Below are positions 57,884 through 64,000 of a DNA stretch of 64,000 nucleotides, piece after piece. The notes beneath the pieces are model-generated. The model was not told where the DNA came from and searched no databases. It saw only the letters and a list, made by a program, of their open reading frames with translations. Both the position numbers and the translations under genes were made by a program. This DNA is from Candidatus Omnitrophota bacterium (lineage in GTDB: Bacteria > Omnitrophota > Gorgyraeia > Zapsychrales > Zapsychraceae), in NCBI GenBank assembly GCA_020429915.1, contig JAGQKV010000004.1, positions 68,833 to 132,832 on the forward strand, given 5' to 3'. Numbering within the stretch: position 1 is the stretch's first letter; every line of letters starts with the position of its first letter.

Positions 57884-59077
57884 TTATGCAATGACGTCGT
57901 GAATAACGCCCGCCCCTACGGTACGGCCGCCTTCGCGGATCGCGAAACGTAATTCTTTTTCCATCGCGATCGGAACAATCAGTTCCACTTCAATTTCTAC
58001 GTTATCGCCCGGCATGACCATTTCCGTACCTTCAGGCAGCTTGGCCGATCCGGTTACGTCTGTCGTCCGGAAATAAAATTGCGGACGGTAACCGTTGAAA
58101 AACGGTGTGTGACGTCCGCCTTCTTCCTTTGTCAGAATGTATGCTTTGGCCTTGAACTTTGTGTGCGGGGTAATCGAACCCTTGGCCGCGAGTACTTGAC
58201 CGCGTTCGATGGAGTCTTTATCGACACCACGCAACAGCAAACCGACGTTGTCCCCGGCTTGACCTTCGTCCAATTCCTTACGGAACATTTCGACCCCGGT
58301 CACGACCGTTTGGGAAATATCTTTCTTCATCCCGACGATATCGACTTCTTCCCCGACCTTGACCTTTCCACGTTCGATACGTCCCGTCGCAACGGTACCG
58401 CGACCGGAGATGGAAAAGATGTCTTCAACGGCCATCAGGAACGGTTTGTCGAGCTCGCGCGGCGGTTCCGGAATAAAAGCGTCAACCGCATCCATCAGTT
58501 CCAGGATCGGCTTGATCTTTTCGTCGTCGTCCGGATTCTCGAGGGCCTGCAGGGCGCTACCACGGATAATCGGCGTATTGTCGCCGTCGTATTCGTACTT
58601 CGTCAATAATTCACGCAGTTCCAACTCAACCAAGTCGAGCAGTTCGGCGTCTTCAACCTGGTCGCATTTGTTCATGAACACAACGATAGAGGGAACGTTA
58701 ACCTGACGAGCGAGCAGGATATGCTCCTTGGTTTGCGGCATGGCACCGTCGGCTGCGGACACGCACAAAATCGCACCGTCCATTTGAGCCGCACCGGTAA
58801 TCATGTTCTTGATGTAGTCCGCGTGACCCGGGCAGTCGATGTGAGCATAGTGACGCTTATCCGTCTCATACTCCAGGTGAGCGATGTTGATCGTAACCCC
58901 GCGCTCTTTTTCTTCCGGCGCGTTGTCGATCATGTCGTAACCTTTCGCTTCTGCCTGTCCTTTTTTCGCGAGAATGGTGGTAATCGCGGCACTCAACGTC
59001 GTCTTACCGTGATCGACGTGACCGATCGTTCCGATGTTCAAGTGCGGTTTGTTTCTGACGAATTTTTCTTTAGCCAT
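57884..59077 (-). CDS. tuf: elongation factor Tu
   Basis: [10 protein letters not shown]; 397 aa. Confidence 0.98.
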   Translation of the reverse strand: MAKEKFVRNKPHLNIGTIGHVDHGKTTLSAAITTILAKKGQAEAKGYDMIDNAPEEKERGVTINIAHLEYETDKRHYAHIDCPGHADYIKNMITGAAQMDGAILCVSAADGAMPQTKEHILLARQVNVPSIVVFMNKCDQVEDAELLDLVELELRELLTKYEYDGDNTPIIRGSALQALENPDDDEKIKPILELMDAVDAFIPEPPRELDKPFLMAVEDIFSISGRGTVATGRIERGKVKVGEEVDIVGMKKDISQTVVTGVEMFRKELDEGQAGDNVGLLLRGVDKDSIERGQVLAAKGSITPHTKFKAKAYILTKEEGGRHTPFFNGYRPQFYFRTTDVTGSAKLPEGTEMVMPGDNVEIEVELIVPIAMEKELRFAIREGGRTVGAGVIHDVIA

Positions 59078-59135
59078 GGGTCAAGTTCCTCCTTCTAAAT
59101 ATTTACGAATTGCGCATTCTTCTGTATGAAATCTG

Positions 59136-61226
59136 TTACGTCTTCTTTCTTCCCTCAACGATCTTATCGGCCACGTGTTGGGGAACTATATCGTAAAAGG
59201 CCGGCTCCATGCTGAAGGAGGCGCGCCCTTGAGATAGCGATCGGATCGCGTTGACATAGTTGAACATTTCAGCCAGCGGGACATGGCAGCGCGTCGTCTT
59301 CAGGTTTGCGCGCATACCGGTCTCGAGGATGATAGCCCGGCGAGTATTGATGTCACCCATAACGGCGCTATAAAACTCTTCCGGAGATTCCAGTTCGACG
59401 ATCATGATCGGCTCCAGGAGCACCGGCTTACCGGCTCTCAACCCTTCCTTAAGGGCCTCCTTGGCTGCCATTTGAAACGCAAGCTCGCTCGAGTCGACTT
59501 CGTGGAAAGACCCGTCGTACAACGTCACCTTGAAGTCGGTCACCGGATAACCGGCAACCACGCCGCCGGTCGTGGCACCTTCCTGGAAACCTTTTTCGAT
59601 CGGCTTGAAATATTCGCGGGGAATAGCACCCCCCTTGATTTCGTTGACGAAGACAAATCCGTCGCCCTTATTGTCAGACGGTTCGATATTGACCACGACG
59701 TGCCCGTATTGACCGCGGCCGCCGGTTTGGGAAATGAATTTCCCGTGAATGGCCTTGGCGGGTTGCGTGATCGTTTCCTTGTAAGCAACTTCGGGACGGC
59801 CGACATCAGCCTCGAGATTGAACTCCCGGCGCATACGGTCGACGATGATCTCCAGGTGAAGTTCCCCCATACCGGAAATGATGGTCTGCGCCGTTTCCTG
59901 GTCGTAGGATACGGTGAGCGACGGGTCTTCATCGAGAAACTTTTTGAGGACCAGCCCCATTTTGTCCGAGTCCGCCTTGGTCTTCGGTTCGATGGACATC
60001 GAAACGACCGGCTCCGGAATCCTCATGTTTTCCAGCAAAATCTTATGTTCGGAATCACAGAGTGTGTTTCCGGAACGCGTGTCTTTCAACCCGACCAGAG
60101 CGACAATCTCGCCGGCCTCTGTCCGGGGAACGATTTCCTGCTTGTTGGAATGCATGACAACAATCTTGGAAACGCGTTCCTTCTTCTGTTCCGAAGAATT
60201 CCATACCTGCGCACCGGACTCCAATTGACCGGAATAAATCCGCGTGTAAAAGAGCTTCCCGACATACGGATCGGTGGCCACCTTGAAAACCAAGGCGCTG
60301 AACGGTTCTTTCGGATCCGCATGACGCTCCGCCGTTTCTTCGTCTTTCCCGGGAATAAGCCCCTTGACCGGAGGGACATCCAGCGGGGACGGAAGATAAT
60401 AGGTCACCGCGTCCAAAAGCAGCTGAACCCCTTTATTACGCAAAGCTGTTCCGGTGAGAACCGGCAAAACCTTATTGGCGATAACCGCGCGGCGAAGGGC
60501 GGCCTTGATATCCGCAACGGATATTTCCTGGTCCTCGAGGAATTTCTCCGCAATCTCATCATCCGCGTCCGCCAGACCTTCCACCATATTGTGGCGCGCT
60601 TCTTCGACCTTATCTTTCCATTCGGCCGGGACCTCACGTTCCTCAATGCCGGAACCGTCATCAGTGGTGTAAACGTAATACTTACGTTCTATCAAATCAA
60701 ATAACCCTTGGAATTGATCCTCGGTTCCGTCCGGCAACTGCAGGGGCACGGCATTGGCACCCAAACGGTCGCGGATTTCTCCCAAGACACGCTCAAAGCT
60801 CGCGCCGAGGCGGTCAAGTTTATTAATGAACGCGATCCGCGGCACTCCGTAGCGGTCGGCCTGACGCCATACGGTTTCTGTTTGCGACTGAACCCCGCTG
60901 GTCGCGCAAAGCACGACCACCGCGCCGTCCAAAACCTTGAGAGACCGCTCCACTTCGATAGTAAAGTCAACGTGTCCAGGCGTGTCGATGATATTCAGCT
61001 TCTTGCCTTTCCAGAAGGTCGTGGTGTTGGCAGACGTGATGGTGATCCCGCGCTCTTGCTCCTGCTCCATCCAGTCCATGGTCGCATTACCTTCGTCGAC
61101 CGTGCCCAGCTTATGAATAACGCCGGTATAGTACAGGACGCGCTCGGTCGTCGTGGTTTTACCTGCGTCGATGTGAGCAATAATCCCGAAATTTCGATAA
61201 TCTTTTAGTGGTGTTTTCTCTGCCAT
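59136..61226 (-). CDS. fusA: elongation factor G
   Basis: [12 protein letters not shown]; 696 aa. Confidence 0.98.
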   Translation of the reverse strand: MAEKTPLKDYRNFGIIAHIDAGKTTTTERVLYYTGVIHKLGTVDEGNATMDWMEQEQERGITITSANTTTFWKGKKLNIIDTPGHVDFTIEVERSLKVLDGAVVVLCATSGVQSQTETVWRQADRYGVPRIAFINKLDRLGASFERVLGEIRDRLGANAVPLQLPDGTEDQFQGLFDLIERKYYVYTTDDGSGIEEREVPAEWKDKVEEARHNMVEGLADADDEIAEKFLEDQEISVADIKAALRRAVIANKVLPVLTGTALRNKGVQLLLDAVTYYLPSPLDVPPVKGLIPGKDEETAERHADPKEPFSALVFKVATDPYVGKLFYTRIYSGQLESGAQVWNSSEQKKERVSKIVVMHSNKQEIVPRTEAGEIVALVGLKDTRSGNTLCDSEHKILLENMRIPEPVVSMSIEPKTKADSDKMGLVLKKFLDEDPSLTVSYDQETAQTIISGMGELHLEIIVDRMRREFNLEADVGRPEVAYKETITQPAKAIHGKFISQTGGRGQYGHVVVNIEPSDNKGDGFVFVNEIKGGAIPREYFKPIEKGFQEGATTGGVVAGYPVTDFKVTLYDGSFHEVDSSELAFQMAAKEALKEGLRAGKPVLLEPIMIVELESPEEFYSAVMGDINTRRAIILETGMRANLKTTRCHVPLAEMFNYVNAIRSLSQGRASFSMEPAFYDIVPQHVADKIVEGRKKT

Positions 61227-61273
61227 TTTTCCCTCTGATATTTAAAGGCTTTCAACCTTTTATGCTGTTCGGA

Positions 61274-61744
61274 TTACCATCTCAGGTGGGCGAAGGCCTT
61301 GTTTGAATCGGCCATCTTGTGAGTATCATCCCGTTTTTTAACGGCCGCGCCTTCTCCTTTATACGCCGCGACCAGCTCATCCGCCAGCTTGATTTCCATG
61401 GGACGGCCCTTTTTCTTGCGGGCGAAATCCCGAATCCAGCGAAAGGCCAGGGCATTCCCGCGCGCTACGGGAACTTCGATCGGAACTTGGTAAGTAGCAC
61501 CACCGACACGTCTGGACTTGACTTCCAGACGGGGACGGACGTTATCGATGGCCTTGTTGAAAACCTTCAAGGGATCGCCATCCTGAACCTTCTGCTCAAT
61601 AATGTCAAATGCGCCATAAACGATGCCTTCCGCAACCGTTTTCTTTCCCGTCAACATCAGCGTATTGATGAACTTCGCCACCAGGCGGCTATTGTATTTT
61701 GGATCTGCGAGTATCTCTCTCTTTTCTGCCCTGCGTCTTCTCAT
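61274..61744 (-). CDS. rpsG: 30S ribosomal protein S7
   Basis: ORF track. Confidence 0.95.
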   Translation of the reverse strand: MRRRRAEKREILADPKYNSRLVAKFINTLMLTGKKTVAEGIVYGAFDIIEQKVQDGDPLKVFNKAIDNVRPRLEVKSRRVGGATYQVPIEVPVARGNALAFRWIRDFARKKKGRPMEIKLADELVAAYKGEGAAVKKRDDTHKMADSNKAFAHLRW

Positions 61745-62121
61745 TATCCTTGTTGTTCCTTCTTGGCTCCGTACTTTGATCTTGATTTTTTCCGCTTACT
61801 AACACCCGCCGTGTCGAGCGTCCCGCGAACGACGTGGTAACGCACACCCGGCAAATCCTTAACCCGACCGCCTCTGACGAGTACGATAGAGTGTTCCTGA
61901 AGGTTATGGCCTTCACCCGGGATGTAGGACGTGATCTCGTACTTGTTCGAAAGACGGACACGGGCGACCTTGCGCAGAGCCGAATTCGGCTTCTTGGGCG
62001 TCATGGTCTTGACCTGAAGGCAGACACCGCGGCGGAACGGACAATTGGTTAACGCCGGGGATTTACTCTTGCTCTTCTTGGTCTTTCGGCTCTTCCTGAT
62101 CAGTTGTTGTATCGTCGGCAT
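61744..62121 (-). CDS. rpsL: 30S ribosomal protein S12
   Basis: [11 protein letters not shown]-terminus. Confidence 0.95.
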   Translation of the reverse strand: MPTIQQLIRKSRKTKKSKSKSPALTNCPFRRGVCLQVKTMTPKKPNSALRKVARVRLSNKYEITSYIPGEGHNLQEHSIVLVRGGRVKDLPGVRYHVVRGTLDTAGVSKRKKSRSKYGAKKEQQG

Positions 62122-64000
62122 ATTTCACCACTTCTATGTTGTCGTAGTAATGTAATCCGGTTCCCGCGGGTATTAAATGACCCACGATTACGTTCTCTTT
62201 AAGTCCACATAAAAGGTCAACTTTACCAGATGAAGCCGCCTCTGTCAAGACTCTTGTGGTCTCTTGGAAGCTTGCCGCAGAGATGAAACTCTCTGTGGTC
62301 AAAGACACTTTCGTGATTCCCAGCAGCAGCGGTGTCGCCTGGGCCGGCTTGCCTTTTTTGGCCAGCACGCGTTCGTTCGCTTTGCGAAACGCGATGCGAT
62401 CCACCTGCTCTCCGATCAGGAATTCACTGTCACCCGGATCTTCGATTTTGACTTTTTTCAGCATCTGGGAAATGATCAACTCGATGTGCTTATCGTTGAT
62501 CTTGACCCCCTGCAAACGGTAGACTTCCTGGACTTCGTTCAGGAGATACTCCTGCAGAATTTTATCCCCGCACACGCGCAGAATATCGTGCGGAACCACC
62601 GGCCCGTCGGTGAGCTGTTGTCCGGCAAAAACACGGTCACCACGATAAACGTTAGGGTGTTTACCGTGCGGGATCGTATATTCCGCCGTCATTCCCGTCG
62701 AGCTCTTAACGATGATCGTACGGCGCCCCTTCTTGTCTTCACCGAACTCGACGCTGCCGTCGATCTCGCTGATAACCGCCGGATCTTTCGGTTTGCGCGC
62801 TTCGAATAGCTCGGCGACACGCGGCAGACCACCCGTGATATCACGCGTCTTACCCAGGCCGCGCGGAATCTTCGCAATCAGATCCCCGGCATTGATCGTT
62901 TGTTTATCCTGGACGAGAATGTGTGCTCCGATCGGAATAGAATAGATCCCGGCAACTTCATTCTTCTCGTCGGTGATGATAATCTGAGGGTGATATTCCT
63001 GCTTGTGCTCGACGACGACACGCTCGGTAACACCGGTAATCGGATTTTGCTCCTCCTGAACGGTGACTTCGTTAATGATGTCTTCCGAAGTGACCGCCCC
63101 GCGGACTTCCGTGATGATCGGAATCGTATACGGGTCCCATGTTACGAAGATTTCGTCCTTCTTGATGTTGCCTCCGTCAGGGTACTTGATAACCGCCCCT
63201 TGCGGAAGTTGGTAGCGCTCAAACTCACGGCCGTATTCGTTGTTGATACTGATCGAACCGTTACGGTTGAGTACGATAAACTCGCTACCCTTCTCGACGA
63301 CGCGCAACTGGTGGTACTTGATCTCCCCGGCATTCTTCGATTTGTAGAATGACTGTTCAATCGCGCGCGACGCAGTCCCTCCGATGTGGAACGTCCGCAT
63401 CGTCAGCTGCGTCCCCGGCTCACCGATACTCTGCGCAGCGATTGTCCCGACCGCCTCTCCGACCTCAACGTAACGCTGCGTTGCCAGGTTTCGCCCGTAG
63501 CACTTCACACATACGCCGCGATCGCTTTCACAGGTTAAAACACTGCGGATGCGGACCTTCTCGATACCGAGGTGTTCAATCAGCTCTGCCTTTTCTTCAG
63601 TAATCAGGTCACCTGATTCGACGACCTTCTGGTCGGTGACGACGTCGACGATACTGTCGAGCGCCACACGCCCCGTAATGCGTTCCTTAAGACTGACAAC
63701 GAGTTCGTCCCCTTCCACAATGGCGGCAACCGTGATCCCGTTGATCGTACCGCAGTCGGCTTCGGTAACGACGATTTCCTGCGCCACGTCCACCAGACGG
63801 CGGGTCAGGTAACCCGCATCGGCTGTCTTCAGAGCCGTGTCGGCGAGACCTTTGCGCGCCCCGTGAGTGGAGATGAAGTATTCCAAAACCGTCAACCCCT
63901 CACGGAAACTGGCGGTAATCGGATTCTCGATAATTTCACCGGAAGGCTTGGCCATCAGCCCGCGCATCCCGGACAACTGACGGATCTGCAAGCGCGATCC
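62063..64000 (-). CDS. rpoC: DNA-directed RNA polymerase subunit beta-prime, C-terminal part (gene continues past the window end)
   Basis: [27 protein letters not shown] (region G), an acidic C-terminal tail, and a stop at 62063-62065. Confidence 0.9.
   Translation of the reverse strand, partial: GSRLQIRQLSGMRGLMAKPSGEIIENPITASFREGLTVLEYFISTHGARKGLADTALKTADAGYLTRRLVDVAQEIVVTEADCGTINGITVAAIVEGDELVVSLKERITGRVALDSIVDVVTDQKVVESGDLITEEKAELIEHLGIEKVRIRSVLTCESDRGVCVKCYGRNLATQRYVEVGEAVGTIAAQSIGEPGTQLTMRTFHIGGTASRAIEQSFYKSKNAGEIKYHQLRVVEKGSEFIVLNRNGSISINNEYGREFERYQLPQGAVIKYPDGGNIKKDEIFVTWDPYTIPIITEVRGAVTSEDIINEVTVQEEQNPITGVTERVVVEHKQEYHPQIIITDEKNEVAGIYSIPIGAHILVQDKQTINAGDLIAKIPRGLGKTRDITGGLPRVAELFEARKPKDPAVISEIDGSVEFGEDKKGRRTIIVKSSTGMTAEYTIPHGKHPNVYRGDRVFAGQQLTDGPVVPHDILRVCGDKILQEYLLNEVQEVYRLQGVKINDKHIELIISQMLKKVKIEDPGDSEFLIGEQVDRIAFRKANERVLAKKGKPAQATPLLLGITKVSLTTESFISAASFQETTRVLTEAASSGKVDLLCGLKENVIVGHLIPAGTGLHYYDNIEVVKYADDTTTDQEEPKDQEEQE

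Noticed and set aside
59283-60704. 473-aa plus-strand ORF
   Set aside because: Antisense shadow of fusA; EF-G on the minus strand is unambiguous.

Overview
This window is a chromosomal core segment of a high-GC (~55-58%) diderm bacterium with no rRNA, tRNA, CRISPR or transposase. Apart from a divergent exeA-exeB pair and a few unsupported ORF-track calls, every gene is on the minus strand.

Gene content on the minus strand, reading from 64000 downward:
- 64000 to ~42300: the rpoC 3' end, then the str operon (rpsL-rpsG-fusA-tuf), then complete S10-spc-alpha ribosomal operons through rplQ. L30 is absent, S14 is the zinc type, and L3, S5 and L17 carry long low-complexity extensions.
- ~42300 to ~29300: aspartate aminotransferase, pilT, lipB with a standalone lipoyl-domain gene, a GT2 glycosyltransferase, a TonB-like protein, aroQ, an M24 peptidase, efp, accB/accC, a phosphofructokinase with the PPi-type signature, gmhA and the hldE C-domain, and thiE.
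- ~29400 to ~20400: a translationally coupled array of NlpD-like lipoprotein, AAA+ ATPase, YfcE-like phosphoesterase, HIT hydrolase, dGTPase and a GAF-HD-GYP protein. Envelope genes (SPOR, SH3b, M50 protease) and aroB follow.
- ~20400 to ~19000: a divergent exeA/exeB (GspA/B-like) pair on the plus strand.
- ~18800 to ~13000: two single-domain PilZ genes, an RluA pseudouridine synthase, a MazG-like gene, uvrB, coaX and CIRCE-regulated groES-groEL.
- ~10800 to 1: one 8.5-kb ORF encoding a 2853-aa signal-peptide protein with an embedded pyruvate-phosphate-dikinase-like module, then a CBS-less IMPDH and guaA carrying a histone-H1-like Lys/Ala tail.

The most unusual items are the giant dikinase-containing protein, the coupled ATPase-phosphoesterase-HIT-dGTPase array, the H1-like tail on GuaA, and the 59-nt rpoC/rpsL overlap.
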